Assembly: GCA_048013815.1 (NCBI GenBank)
Contig: CM106585.1
Location: forward strand, 7,068,001-7,132,000
Origin: Setoptus koraiensis
Lineage: Eukaryota > Animalia > Arthropoda
Direction: 5' to 3'
DNA length: 64,000 nucleotides
In this document: positions 41,025 through 55,990 of the stretch, piece by piece
How the letters are laid out: each line of letters starts with the position of its first letter
Numbering within the stretch: the stretch's first letter is position 1
The notes under the pieces: generated by a model
What the model saw: the letters and a program-made list of their open reading frames with translations, nothing else
The model's database searches: none
Told to the model about the DNA's origin: nothing
Made by a program: the position numbers and the translations under genes

Positions 41025-41125
41025 ACACAGATACGCCGAGATACTCACAGATACGCCGAGATACTCACAGATACGCAGAGATGCTCACAGATACGCAGAG
41101 ATACTCACAGATACAGCAGAGATAC
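41025..41125 (+). repeat. 20-bp repeat (CACAGATACGC(C/A)GAGATACT) with AGATAC every 10 bp
   Basis: AGATAC (one AGATGC) at 41029, 41039 and so on to 41109, then 41120. Confidence 0.92.
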
Positions 41126-41584
41126 GCGGCGTCTGACACGGAGACGGCTGTCAGTTTGTTTTGTTGTCGGCTCGCATGTGTTTGTTCGTTTGTTGTTTGC
41201 CGAGCGATAGCAAAGACCAGAAAACTAGGCCATCGAGACCTGCATTGCGATTGCCATTGGTTAGTGAGCCTTATGAGAGCGATGGATATGTATGCAGATT
41301 AGCTGCTCTCGCTCGCTTCTCGTCGCCGCCATAATAATGCCACCATAACCCTGACAAGCCGGCTAATATCTGGCTGACGGCCGGCTAATAGTCGCTATCG
41401 CATAGGGTCGCCACAAGCGTGCTGACATGCACGACGACACGGCACCATTGCCATGACGGCCACGACTGACAAGCTCACGGCCTTGCCATTCGCCGACTTG
41501 CGAGCTGTGACTCGGCCCGCGGGCCGGCCGCTGGCCGGCGCAACAATTTATCGCCCGTCCCGGTCGACATTCAAGCCTAACAAG

Positions 41585-41685
41585 TGTCGCTGTTGTCGCT
41601 GTTGTCGCTGTTGTCGCTGCTGTCGTTGTCGCTGTTGTCGTTGTCGCTGCTGCTGCTGCTGTCGTTGCCCGTGTCGCTGTTGTGT
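41585..41685 (+). repeat. 9-bp / triplet array (TGTCGCTGT)n
   Basis: Read directly. Confidence 0.9.
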
Positions 41686-42047
41686 TGCCGTGCACAACAA
41701 ACAAACAAATCAATTCAGATACGCTCACAAGCTCACAAGCTCACAAGCGGCCGCTCAAAAGTTGCACTGACCACTTATGTCGGCGATGCCGGCCAGCACC
41801 TCGCACCGCCAGCCGACGGCCGACTCATTAGTGGTCTGGCCGGGCCTGTCGCTAATAAGCTTAGTGCGGCCGGGCTAATGCCCGACTAGCTAACTCAATC
41901 AATATTCAATTGGCTGCTCTCCCTCGCTCTGCCTGCTCGCTTTGCAGATAACAGTTGAACCACTTAATGACCAGTGACCACTGATAGTCAGAGCGTGACA
42001 CAAATGGCCCGTTTATGTCGCCCGTCGCACCAAGCTAAACTCTCGAC

Positions 42048-42095
42048 TGCCTTGGTATTGCCTTAGTGTTGCCTTGGTATTGCCTTAGTATTGCC
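42048..42095 (+). repeat. 11-bp array TGCCTT(G/A)GT(A/G)T x4
   Basis: Read directly. Confidence 0.85.
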
Positions 42096-42929
42096 AGTTT
42101 ACCGATTTGTGTGTCCCACCATTTTGCACAAACGGCCGCAACAAGCGCTGCCGGTGTACGGGCCACTGAGCCGCCTAGACTGCGCTCGCCAGCCCATACA
42201 CTGCCGACACGCATAATGAACCACTGAATGAATTAGCGAGCCAATTACAGAACGACTCACCCGCCGAATGAGTTACGCAAACACAGGTGACATGCGCTCG
42301 CAATTGTCAGTCTCTATCGGTCGCTGCAAGTTAGTTACAGTGCGCATCGGCGCCCTCATGATCGGCGCACGCAATGGCCGACCACCGATTGATTGATTGT
42401 TTGGTTGTTGCGCACAATAATCGCTAGTCGGATCAAGGTTACGAGTCGCATCTGCCAGCAAGCGAGCCGCCAATAACACAGACGGCGCCCCCGACCGGCC
42501 GAAACGGTCGCGCACTTGAATCGGCGTGCAAATGCGCATTAATTGTGACCACTTCCGCTTGTTACGCACTTGTCGCCGGCGGATGTGCCCGTAACCTGGC
42601 GCGAGTTTGCGGCATTCCCGGCTTTTTTTGCGGTACCCGCACCATTAGCGGCCCAATTAGTATGCGATTTCCAGGTAAATTGAGCTCCAATTTTCGCCAT
42701 GGGCCGAGATCGATCTGCCGCCCCGGCAGACGGAAGATTTCTCCCCGTGACATATTTGACCGTCAGATGGTGCCCTGCCCGCTTATGGGACTCGTAAAAT
42801 TTGATGAGAGTCAAGTCAAATTAGACCGTTTTATCTGAAAAATCTCGTGTTAAAAAACACCAATCAATCGTTTGTCTCCATTGATTGATCTGATGTGACA
42901 ATTTCATCAAACTTTCCAGCGTTCCATAG

Positions 42930-43044
42930 GTCACACCTGGAGCGATCTTGGAGCGAGGAGTTTTCGCTCGAAACGAGCGATCGCAACACTAATTCAATTT
43001 GCAACATTTGATTTTGGCGCCTCTGTGCCTGTTGCCATGGAGAG
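42930..43044 (+). CDS. Candidate internal exon, unknown gene
   Basis: Acceptor actttccagcgttccatag and donor GAG|GTGAGC at 43045. The open frame reads HTWSDLGARSFRSKRAIATLIQFATFDFGASVPVAME. No homolog recognised. Confidence 0.2.
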
Positions 43045-43381
43045 GTGAGCTGCATCGAGGAGAAACGACAATGCTGCTGACAATCAATGCACCGCCGGCG
43101 CGCCATTTACGTCCACAGCGACAACGTTGACGCGCACACATGCCATTGGTGCAGTGCAGTGCCATCACACACTGTGATGATCACACTCACAAGCCTGACA
43201 GGCCACCGCTGATGGGCGGCCCATGCATCATCCAGTGTCCACTCCCGCGAGCACACCGTGTGCGAGTGCGAACGCACCATGCCCTGCAGTGCATGGTGCA
43301 CGCGAAGGGGGTGGAGGGCACAGTGCACCGTGGTGCACACCAACAATGAGTCGCTCGGCAAGTTCACATCGCTAACATGTT

Positions 43382-43428
43382 GTGCAGTGTGTGGTGCAGT
43401 GTGTGGTGCGGTGTGTGGTGCAGTGTGT
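43382..43428 (+). repeat. 12-bp array (GTGCAGTGTGTG)x4
   Basis: Read directly. Confidence 0.85.
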
Positions 43429-44295
43429 TGTAAGCATGGCAACAACGAGCAACATTCGGTGCATTGGCCGCACGATGGTGTCATTGGTGCGGCGTTCGTT
43501 AATTACACGCCTCGGTATGTATTGCGCACATTACGTGTATCATGCACGGTGCACGCCGGACAATTAGTGGCGCTGCTGCCGGTTCTGTCGTTGCACCCAT
43601 CGGTCGGGCACGGGCCGGCTAGCGAGCAGCGGCCAGCCGGTGTAGGCGCGTGGACTGGACATTTGTGCGCACATTGGCCGCCCGGCGCCACTTCCGCTGC
43701 AGGGCCGGCTCGGCGCTGGGGTCGCGCACCAGGTTGGGTCATGACTCGCGTGAGTCGGCCTGGCCGCAACTCAGGCCGGCGACTCAGGCCGGCGACTCAA
43801 CGAGCCGACGGGCAGAGGAGTCGCGACTCAGGCGGACTCAGGACGGATGAGCGAGTGTGAGGCTGGTGGAGCGCGCAGCGGCAGAGCCCACGTAGGCGGC
43901 CGCCGCCGACTGCTTGAGTCGGCTGAAAGTTCGCTGGCTGAGACAGCGCACACACAGCGCAAGCGGCAGGCAATAAACTCACAAGGCTCTGGCAGTGCAA
44001 TCTTGATCCCATCTCACACAGTGCATTGAGCGCACTGGCGCTGGCAATGGCAGCGCTGTGCTGCTAACGCTGCGCTAACACTGTAACGCCGATAGCACTG
44101 TAACGCTGATTGCACTGTAGTGCAGTGGCCGTCGTGAGTCGAGAGCGCAGATTCTTGCATCGCGATCGTCATGATTCATGCTGAAATCACTTGGCTAGAT
44201 TATGTCGTCGTTACTGCTCACTAACATATTGCCGTAGAACACACACACACAGTATCGGTAGCAATCGAGGTATCGCAATATTCGATTCGATTCCA

Positions 44296-44363
44296 CAATA
44301 TTCTATCCGCCGATATTCCGTTCGCCGATATTCCGTTCGCCGATATTCTGTTCGAATATTCCG
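44296..44363 (+). repeat. 15-bp array CGATATTCCGTTCGC, ~4.5 units
   Basis: Read directly. Confidence 0.85.
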
Positions 44364-47300
44364 TGGAATTATTTGCGTTTGTTCAACACACAAAGATAAC
44401 AAATAAAAATAAATAATAAAAAAAACAATCGAGAGCAAGCTAGCCGAACGACAGCAATCAGCGAGCTGGCGATAATCCGAGATCCCGTTCGAGTTAATTG
44501 AACAACACACACAAACAATTGATCAGCAATCGGTATTAATTTACTGCCGCGCCGATATTATCGTCATTGTGTGCCCTGAACATTTGCAGCCGCGCGCGCC
44601 GTCGACAAAAGCACCAGCCAGCGAACAACAACGATTATTTATTATTGACCCAGCGCCCGTCTACAAATCGCAGCCGCTAGTTGCCGTCTCCTGACCACGC
44701 CACAAACACTCGACCATTTCAATTGTGTGTGCCGGCCCCAGCACCAAGCCCAGCTCCATCAGAGATACGACAGGCCGACACGCCGGATTCACAACTATTT
44801 TTAGACCAGCTCCGCCGGTGACGTCTATTTTTGATCGCCGCCACCGCCGCTCCATCGATCGATATCGTTCGATATTCAACAACCAGGATTACACGCCAGC
44901 TTGTACTGTTGTGCATTTAAATACACTTGAATTATATTTAAATATCCTCAGCTACTGCAAATAATCATTATTACAACAATAACACTAGGCAGCTATGAAC
45001 GTCTTACATCCCAGACATCCAATTTACATTACGAAATATTCACGAAGATCCAAAACTAAAAATATTCATGTTAAGCTACACAATAACAATATCACAATTC
45101 ATGGTGGACAACAACAAAATAGTATCAGCAACGTTATTAGCAAAAATTACAACATTATTATCACCAATCAACCTATTACTACCACTACTAATTCTAGCAA
45201 GCAATACTCGGCAATACTTTAGCACACCATTACTATTAACACCAAAATAATATATTTACCCATCATATACAACATTGCTATTATTACTACTATTTCGTTC
45301 ATTGCTATTACCCTAAATTCCACCTACTACTGTTAACTATTTGATAATTATTGTTTCTATAGACATATTTATATAAATACACAACACAAAAACAACAACA
45401 CAACCACCAAAACAAAAAAACAAACCAAACAACACAAAAACAAAAAAACAAAACACAAAACAACACAACAAAAAACAAACAAAACAAAAAACACAACACA
45501 AAAACAACAAAACAACAAAAAAAAAAAAACAAAACAAAAAAACAACAACCACAAAAAAAACACACACAAAAACAAACCAAAACAAAAAAAACACAACAAC
45601 CAACAAAACAAAACACAAAAAAACAAAACAACAATACACAAACAAAAAAACAAAACACACCAAAAACCAAAACACAAACAAAAACAACAAAAAAAACAAC
45701 ACAACACACAACACAAAACAAAACCAAAACACACAAACAAACAAAACAAAAAAAACAACAACACACAAAAAACAAAACAAACAAAACAACAAAAAAAACA
45801 AACAAATAACCAAAAACAAACAAAAAAAAAACAAAACACAAAAACAAACAAAAAAACAAAACAACAACCAAAAAAACAAACAACCAAAAAAACAAACACA
45901 ACAACAACCAAAAAACAAAACAAAACAACACAAAACACAAAACACACAACAACAAAAAAAAAACAAACAAACAACAAAACAAACAAACAAACAACAAAAA
46001 CAAAAACACAACACAAAACAAAACAAAAACAAACAAAACACAAAAAACAAAAAAACACAACAAAAAACAACAACAAAACAAGAAACACAAACAACAACAA
46101 AAAACAACCAAACAAACAAACAAAACAAAAAAAAAACAAAAAACCAACCAAAACACAAAACAAAAACCAACAAACAAAAACAAAAAAAACCAACAAAACA
46201 ACCACAACAAAACAAAAACCACAACAACAAACAAAAACAAAACAAACATAAACAAAAACAAAAACAAACACAACAAAACAAAACACAACAAAACACAACA
46301 ACCAAAAACCAAACCAACCAAAAAAAACAAAAACAAAAACCAAACACAACACAAACAAACAAACAAAAAAACACAAACAACAAACAAAACAAAACCAAAA
46401 AACACAAAACAAAAAACAACAAACACAAACACAACAACAACAACAACAAACACACAAAACAAAACACAAAAAAAAAAAAACAAACAAACACACACAAAAA
46501 CACACACAAAAAACACAACAACCAAAAAACAACACAAAACAAAAAACAAAAAAAACAACAACAAAAAAAAACAAACAAAAAACACAAAAACAACACACAA
46601 AACAACCAAACAAAACACAACAACAAACAAAAAAAAAAACAACAAAACAAACAAAAACAAAAAACAAAAAAAAAAACACAACAACAAACACAAAAAAACA
46701 AAACAAACACAAAAAAAACAACAAAACAAACCAAAACAAAAACACAAAAAAAACAACAAAAAAAAACAACAAAAAAAAAAACAAAACACAAAACAAACAA
46801 ACAAAAAAACAACAAAAAACAAAACACACAAAACAAAAAAAACAACAACACAAACAACAACAAAAAACACACAACAACAAAAACAAAACACAACAAAACA
46901 AACAAAAAACAAAAAAACAAACAAAAAACAAAAAAAAACACAACACAACAAACAAACAAAAAAAAAAACAAACAAACAAAACCAAAAAAACACAACAAAA
47001 ACAAAAAAAACCAAACAAACACCACAAAAAACACAAACACAAAACAAAAAACCAAAAAACAAAAAACCAAACAAAAAACACAAAAAAAAAAACAAAAAAA
47101 GAAACAACAACAAACAAACAACAAACACAAAAACACACAAACAAACACAAACCAAAAAAACAAAACAAACAAAAAACAAACAACACAAAACAACACAAAC
47201 AAAAACAAAAACACCAACAACAACAACAAAAAAAAAAACAACAACAAAAAAAAACACAAAAACAACAACAAAAAAAAAAAAAAAACAAAAAAAAACAAAA

Positions 47301-49369
47301 CAATACCAAACAAAACACCAAAAAACCATAAAACAAAACAAAACAAAAAAAAAAAAACAAAAACAAAACAAAAAAAAACACAAAAAAACAAAACAACCAA
47401 CAACACAAAACAAAAAAAAACAAACAACCACAAAAACACACCACAACAAACAACAAACAAAAACAAAAACACAACAAACAAAACAAACCCAACAAAACAA
47501 ACACAAAAAAACAAAAAAAAACAACCAAAAAACAAACACAACAAACACAAAAAACAACAAAAACACAAAACACACAAAACAACAAAACAAACAAACAAAA
47601 ACAACCAAAAAACACAAAACAAAACAAAAACAAACAAAAAAAAAAACACACACCCAACACAAACACAAAACACAACAAACAAAAAACAACACAAAACAAC
47701 ACAACAAAACAAACAAACAAAAAAAACAAACAAACACAAAAAAACAACAAAAAAAAAAAAACAAACAAACCAAACAAAACAACAAACAAACAACCAACAA
47801 CAAACAAAAAAAAAACAAACAAAAAACAAAACAACAAACAAAAACAAACAAAACAACAAAACCAAACAAACACACACCAAAACAAAAAAACAACACAACA
47901 CAAACCACAAAACACAAACACAAAAACAAACAAAAAACAACAACAAAAAAAAAACAACAACAAACCAACAAAAACAACAAACAACAAAAACCAACACAAC
48001 AAAACAAAACAACAAACAAACAACAAACACACAAACCAAAACAACCAAACACACAACAAAAACAAAAAAAAAAACACACAAACAACCAAACACACACAAA
48101 AAACACAAACAAAAAAAAAACACAACAAAAACACCAAACAACACAAAAAACACAAACAACAAACAACAAAACAACACACAAAAACCAAAACAAAAAATCA
48201 CACACAAAAAAAAAAAAAAAACACAACAAAAAACACACAACAAACAAAACAAAAAAACAAACAAAAAACACACCAACACCAAACAAAACAAAACAAAAAA
48301 AAAACAACAACAACAACACAAACAAAAAACACAAAAAAACACCAAACAAAACACACACAAAACACAACAAACAAAACAACAAAACAAACAAAACAAACAA
48401 AACAACAAAAACACAACAAAACAAAAACAACAACCAACAACAAAACAAAAAACAACAAAAAAACAAACCAACAAAAAAAAAAACAACAACAAAACACAAA
48501 CAACACAACAACAACAAACAACACACACACAACACAACAAAACACAACAACAAAAAAACAAACAAAAAAACAACACAACAACAAAAACAACAACAAACAA
48601 AAAAAACAAACAAAACACACAAACAACACAAAAAACCAAAACACAAAACCACAACACAAAAACACAAAACACATAACAAAACAAACACCAAAAAAACAAC
48701 AACAAAAAACAACAACAACAAACAAAACAAACACAAACAACAACAACCACAAACACAAACAAAAAACAAAACAAAAACACACACACACAAAAACACAAAA
48801 AAACAAAAAGAACAAAAAAAACAACAACAAAAAAAACCACAACACAAAAACAACAACAAACAACACACAACAAACAACAAAAAAACAAAAACAAACAACC
48901 ACCAACAAAACAAACAAAAACACAAACACAAAACAACCAAAACACAAAACACAAAAAACACAAAAAACAAACAAAACAAAACAACAAAAAAAAAAAACAA
49001 CAAAACAAAAAACAAACCAACAAACAAAAACCAACAAAACCAAACAAACAACACAAAAACAAAAAAAACAACAAAAAACCAAACAAAAACAAAACACAAA
49101 ATAACAAAAAAACCACAAAACAACACAAAACACAACACAAACACAAAACAAACAAAACAAACACAACAAAAACAACAACAACAAACAAACAACCACACCA
49201 AAAAACAACACAAAAAACCAAAAACAACAAACAAACAAACAACAAAAACACACAAATACACAAACAACAAACACAAAAAACAAAAACACAAAACACACAA
49301 CAAAACAAACAAAAAAAAACAACAAACAAAAAAAACAACACAAAAAACAAACACAACAAAAACAAGGGG

Positions 49370-50590
49370 ATTTAGCTAGATTTGTGACAACACAACCAAA
49401 AAAAACAAAAAGAATGAGAAAAAGTGTTACCAAAAAACACAAACAAAAAAAGGATGATGTGGGGCACCACCAACCAAAAAACCAAGAGGTTAAAGATACC
49501 GTTGGACTGGGACCAACCACCCCAAAACAAAAAAAAAAATGAGATAATTCATAAGCATGTTCAAAACAACACACAACCAAACAAACGGGGTAAATATATT
49601 AAAAAAAAAAACACACCCACCAACAAACATCAAATTATCTATTTAATTCCACACACCACCACAAAAAACAAAAACACACAAGGGACCTATGGCCGTTTGG
49701 TTGGTAAAACACCAACCCCAAAAAAACAAATTGTATTTATAATCTCAAACAACACAAACCACACCCAAAAAGGAGATTCTAGTGGGGACTTGTTAAAAAA
49801 AACACAAAAAAAAAAACAACCCAAACATTCTGACTAAAACAAGTCAACAAACAACAAAAACAAACTCCGGTTGGGGACCAGGGGAAGGAACAAAAAAAAC
49901 ACAACACACAAACGTTAGTACGTCCCTTGTGTTTTTTTCAAACCCACCAAAAAAAAAACGAGATCATTTTTTCCGGAGATAATTCCCCCAAACACAAACA
50001 CACCACAAAAGGAAATGAACTGCTTCTGGATGAAAACAAACAAAACCCCCAAAAAAAAACCTCGGTGATTTTGTTTGATTGCATACCAACAACAAAAAAA
50101 AACACATGGAATTTTTTAGAAGACGAAGGAAAAAACAAACAAACCCCAAACCCCCAACAACACGAAATGGCGTGATTTTACGAACAAAAACCAAACCCAA
50201 TCGAGCTATGTTTGATCGTGTTGAGAACCCCCACACAACAAGGAGAATGTTATGAGGTACACAACAACAACACAAAAAAAACAACACGAGAAATGGGCTT
50301 TTCCGTAACAAAACCAAACACCACAATATTATACCTAACCCATAACCAAAAAAAAAACACAACAAACCCAATTGATTTTAGCTAAAATTACTTAAAAAAA
50401 AAAAAAAAACAAATGTGTATCTGTCCGACTATTTTCCCAAACAAAAACAAATAACAAAAACATAACATCCAAAACAAAAAAACAAAAACACACACAAACA
50501 AAACACCATTATCTAAATAAAACACACACACAAACACAAACACACAAACCAATCAAACAAAAAAAACAACACAACACAAAAAATTACTCC
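49370..50590. other. Island of partially four-letter sequence within the A/C tract
   Basis: Snippets of 10-30 nt containing G and T alternate with A/C-only runs; no coherent ORF. Confidence 0.8.
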
Positions 50591-53500
50591 TCTAAACTAA
50601 CAAAAAAAAAAAAAAAAAAACACAACAAACAATACAAACATAAAACCAAAACACAAACATACACCACCCCAATACAAAAAACAAAAACCCCCACACCCCA
50701 CCCCCCCAACACAAACACACCCACAAACCAAAACACAAAACAACCAAACACCAACAAAAACACACCCCACCCCACACCCCCCCAACCCAACACACCCCCA
50801 AAAACAACACAAACCCACAACCACACCAAACCACACCACAAACAACAAAAAAAACCCCCCCAACCCAAAACAACACCAACCCCCACACAACCACACACAA
50901 AAACAAAAACCAACACAAAACCAAAAAAACAAAACAACAAAACAACACCACCACCACCCCAACAAACCAACCACACCAAACCCACCAAAACACCCACAAA
51001 CAAAACACCCAAAACCAAACCAACAAAAAAAAAACCACACCAAACACACAAAAAACACAAAAAAAACAAACCAACCCAACACACACAAAAAACCAACCCA
51101 CAAAACCAACAAAAAAAAACCCAACCCCCCCCCAAAAACACCACCCCACCCAAAAAAAACCACACAACAAAACAACCAAACCAACACACCAACCCCCCAC
51201 CCCCCCACCCAAACAAAAAACCAAAACCCCCAAACACAAACAAACACACCACAAAACCCCACACCCAAACACACAACCCAAACACCCACAAACACCACAC
51301 ACAACAACCACAAACCACACACCACACAAAACAACCCCACAAAAACAAAACCAAAACCCCCCACAAAAACACACACAACAACAACCAAAAAAACAAAAAC
51401 AAACAAAACAAACAAAAAAAAACAACCCACAACCAACCAACCAAAACAACCAAAAAACAAAAACACCCAAAACACAACCCACAAACAAACCCCCCCCACA
51501 CAACACACAAAACAAAAACCAAAAAAACAAAACAAACCAACAAACACACCCACAACACCAACAAACCACCAACCCCCCAAACCCACACAAAACCAAACCA
51601 AACAACACAAAACACCCCCCCACCCCCAAAACCACCCCAACACACCAACCCCCAAACCCCAACCCCCCACCAACCCACCACCACCAACAAAACAAAACCA
51701 AAAAAAACCCCACACCCCAAAAACAACCCCCCCCACCAAAAACCCACACCAAAAACCCACCAACCCCCAAACCCCACCACCCACAAAACACCCACCCACC
51801 CCCACCCCACCCCACACAACCCCCAACCCACACCCAAAAACAAACAAACCCCCACAAAAAACACACAACCAAAAAAAAACCCAAAAAAAAAAACCAAAAC
51901 ACCCCACAACCCACCCCCAACCCACAACACAAAACCCCCCCCCAACCCACCAAAAACCCCCCCACCAACCACCACAACACCCACACACAACCACACCACA
52001 CCACAAAACCCAAAACAACAAACAAACCCAAAAACCCCCAAAACAAACCCAACAAAACAACACCACACCAAAACACCCAAAAAAACCAACAAACCCACCA
52101 AAACCCACAAACAAACACACCCCACAACACACAAACCAAACAACAACCCACAAAAAACCCAAACAAAAACCAAACACCAACCACCCCCCAACCCCAAAAA
52201 AACAACAAAACCCACAACCACAACCCCAAAAAAAACAAAAAAAAAAAACACCACAAATAAAACACAACAACAAAACCCACACACACCCAACAAACACCAC
52301 ACCAAAAAACAAAAAACAAAACAACAACAAACAAAAAACAAACAAAACACAACACACAAAAAAAAAAACACCAAACACACAAACAAACCAAAACACCCAC
52401 AAAACAAAACACAACAAACCCCAACACAAACAACAAACACAACCAACAAAAAAACACCCAACAACAAACCCCCCCACAACAAAACAAAAACCCAAAAACA
52501 CCCCACAACCCCAAAAAAAAAACCCACAAAACACCCACCAACAAAACCCACACAAACCAACCACAAACAAACAAAACCCAAACACACACAAAACCCACAC
52601 AAAACACAACACCAAAAAAACCAACAAAACAAAAAACCAAAACCCAACCCACAAACAACAAAACAAAAAAAAAAAAAAAAAAACAAAAAAAACACCCACC
52701 AACCAAAAAACCACACCAAACCCCCAACCACAAACCCCCAACAAAACCAACACAAACCCCCAAAAAAAAAAAAAACAAAAAACCAAAAAAAACAAAAAAA
52801 AACAAAAACACAAACCCACACAAAAAAAAAAAAAAAAAAAACAAACACCCACCACACAAAACAAACCCAAACACACCCCAAAAAAACAACCACAACAACC
52901 ACACAACAACCCAAAAACAAACACCAAAACCCCCCCAACACCCCACAAAAAAATAAAACATACCACACAAAACACCCCCCCAACACAACAACCAACAACA
53001 CCAAAAACAAAACAACCAAAAAACAACCACAAAAAAAAAACACAACAAACACAACAACACACCCAAACCCCACAAAAAAACACCCCAACCCAAAAAACAA
53101 AACCACCCAAAACAAAAAACCAAACCAACAAACAACCAACCAAACAAACCACACCAAACCAACACAAAAACAAACAACAAAAAAAACCACAAACACACCA
53201 ACCAAAAAACAAAACCACCACAACACAAAAAAAAAACAACAAAACAAAAACAACAAAAACCCAACACAAAAAAAACCCCCAACACCACCCACCACCACAC
53301 AAACACAAAAACCAACAAAAACAAAACACAACACCACAACACAACCACCAAAAAAAACCACAACCACAAAACACCACACCACACACCAAAACAAAAAAAA
53401 AAACACCAAAACACCAAACCCACCAACACAAACAACAAACAAACCACACACCCACACACCACCCAACCACCCCCCCACAAAACACAACCACCAAACACCC

Positions 53501-55287
53501 CCACACAACAACACAACCACCAACCCCCCAACCAAAACACAAAACAAAACAACCAACCCACACAAAAAAACCCAAAAACCAAAAACCCACAAACCCAACA
53601 CAAAAAAACACAACACCACAACCCAAAACCACCAAAAAAAAAAACACAAAACCCAAAAAAAACCAACAACAAACCAAACAAAAACACCCCCCCCCAACCA
53701 ACCACACACAAAAACCCCACCACAACAACAAAAAAAAACCCAACCAAACCCAACAACACAAAAAACAACAAATATTACAACCAACCCAAACACCAAAAAA
53801 CAACAACAAAACAACCACACACCACAACAACAAACCACACCCACAAACACCCCCAACCCAACAAACCCAACCACAAAACACCCCCAAACCCAAACAACAC
53901 AACCACAACAAACCAACAACCACAAAAACACCAACCAAAACCCACAAAAAAACAAAAACCAACCACCACCCAAAACCACAACCAAAAAAAAACAACAAAA
54001 ACAACCAACCACAACAAACAAAAACCCCCAAAAACCCCCAACAAACCACACCAAACCCCCCCCCCCCAAACACCACAAAACCCACCCACCCCACCAAAAA
54101 CCCAACCAACCCAAACAACAAAACAAAACAAACACCAAAACAAAAAACAAACACCCCAAACCACAAACACCACACCCACACCAAAAACAAAAAAAACAAC
54201 CCCCACCAAAACCCCCAAAACACAAAAAAACACCCACACAAAACAACCAACCCAACCCCACCAACACACACAAAACCACCAACCCCACCCCCCCAAACAA
54301 AAAACCCACACAACACAACAACAACCAAAAAACAACACACAACAAACAACAAAACAAAAAACAAAAAAACAACAACAAAAAAAAAACCAAAAACAACAAA
54401 AAAAACAACAAAAAAAAAAAAAAAAAAACAAAACCACCACACCAAAAAAAAAAAAAAACACAAAAAAAAAACCAACAAAAAACACCACAAAAAACCAAAA
54501 ACAAAAAACAAAAACCAAACAAACCAACACACAACAACAAACCCCAAAAAAAAACAAAACACCACACCAACCAAACACAACCACCAACAACCAAAAACAA
54601 AAAACACCCCCACACAACAAAACAAACACAACCCCCCAACCACCAAAACAACCACAAAACAAACAAAAAAAAAAACAAAAAAACACAACCAAACACAACA
54701 CCACCCACAACAAACCCCAACAAACCCCCCACCAACACCCCCCCCCACCCAACAAAAAAAAAACACACCAAACCACACCAAAACACAAAACAACAACCCA
54801 CAAACCCCCCACACCCAAACACAACAAACAACAAAAAAACCAACCAAACAACCAACCAACCAAACAAACAACCAAACCACAAACAACAAAACAAACACCC
54901 CCCAACCCAAAACAAAAAACCAAAACCACAACAACCACCACCCCAAACAAACAACCCCCAAAAAAAAACCAAACCAAAAACACAAAACCCAAAAAACAAA
55001 AACCAATAAAAAACACACAACCACACAACCCCCCCCAAACCAACCCAACCCCCCCACACACCAACACCCCCCCACACACACACACAAACCAAACACAAAA
55101 CCCACAAAACACCCAACACACCAAAAAACAACCAAACACCCCACAAAACAACAAACACCCCCAAACAACCCCCAAAACACCCAACACACCACCCAAACCC
55201 ACAAACAACACAACAACACAAAAAAAAAAAAACAAAAACACCAAAACAAAACCCCAAAAAACACCCAACCAAAAAAAACCAACAAAC

Positions 55288-55787
55288 NNNNNNNNNNNNN
55301 NNNNNNNNNNNNNNNNNNNNNNNNNNNNNNNNNNNNNNNNNNNNNNNNNNNNNNNNNNNNNNNNNNNNNNNNNNNNNNNNNNNNNNNNNNNNNNNNNNNN
55401 NNNNNNNNNNNNNNNNNNNNNNNNNNNNNNNNNNNNNNNNNNNNNNNNNNNNNNNNNNNNNNNNNNNNNNNNNNNNNNNNNNNNNNNNNNNNNNNNNNNN
55501 NNNNNNNNNNNNNNNNNNNNNNNNNNNNNNNNNNNNNNNNNNNNNNNNNNNNNNNNNNNNNNNNNNNNNNNNNNNNNNNNNNNNNNNNNNNNNNNNNNNN
55601 NNNNNNNNNNNNNNNNNNNNNNNNNNNNNNNNNNNNNNNNNNNNNNNNNNNNNNNNNNNNNNNNNNNNNNNNNNNNNNNNNNNNNNNNNNNNNNNNNNNN
55701 NNNNNNNNNNNNNNNNNNNNNNNNNNNNNNNNNNNNNNNNNNNNNNNNNNNNNNNNNNNNNNNNNNNNNNNNNNNNNNNNNNNNNNN
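55288..55787. other. Assembly gap (500 N)
   Basis: N run read directly; the round size suggests a placeholder. Confidence 0.99.
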
Positions 55788-55990
55788 CCCCCCCCTCCCT
55801 CCGCCCCCCCCCCCCACCCTCCCCCCCCCAACCCCCCCCGCCCCCCATCCCCCAACCCCACCCCCCCCCCCCCACCACCCCCTCCCCTCCCGCTCCCACG
55901 CCCCCACCTACCCCCCCACCCCCCCCCCCCCCCCCCCCCCCCCCCACCCCCCCCCCACCCCCCCCCCCCCCCCCCCCCCCCACCCCACTA
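55788..55990. repeat. Near poly-C run at the contig edge (likely artefact)
   Basis: C homopolymers with sparse interruptions immediately after the gap. Confidence 0.9.

Noticed and set aside
42545-42838. Beta-tubulin-like RFPGKL…MVP.P (plus) and C2-like LTVKYVTGRNLP (minus)
   Set aside because: These are short matches with wrong spacing on opposite strands of the same DNA; consistent with chance in six-frame translation.
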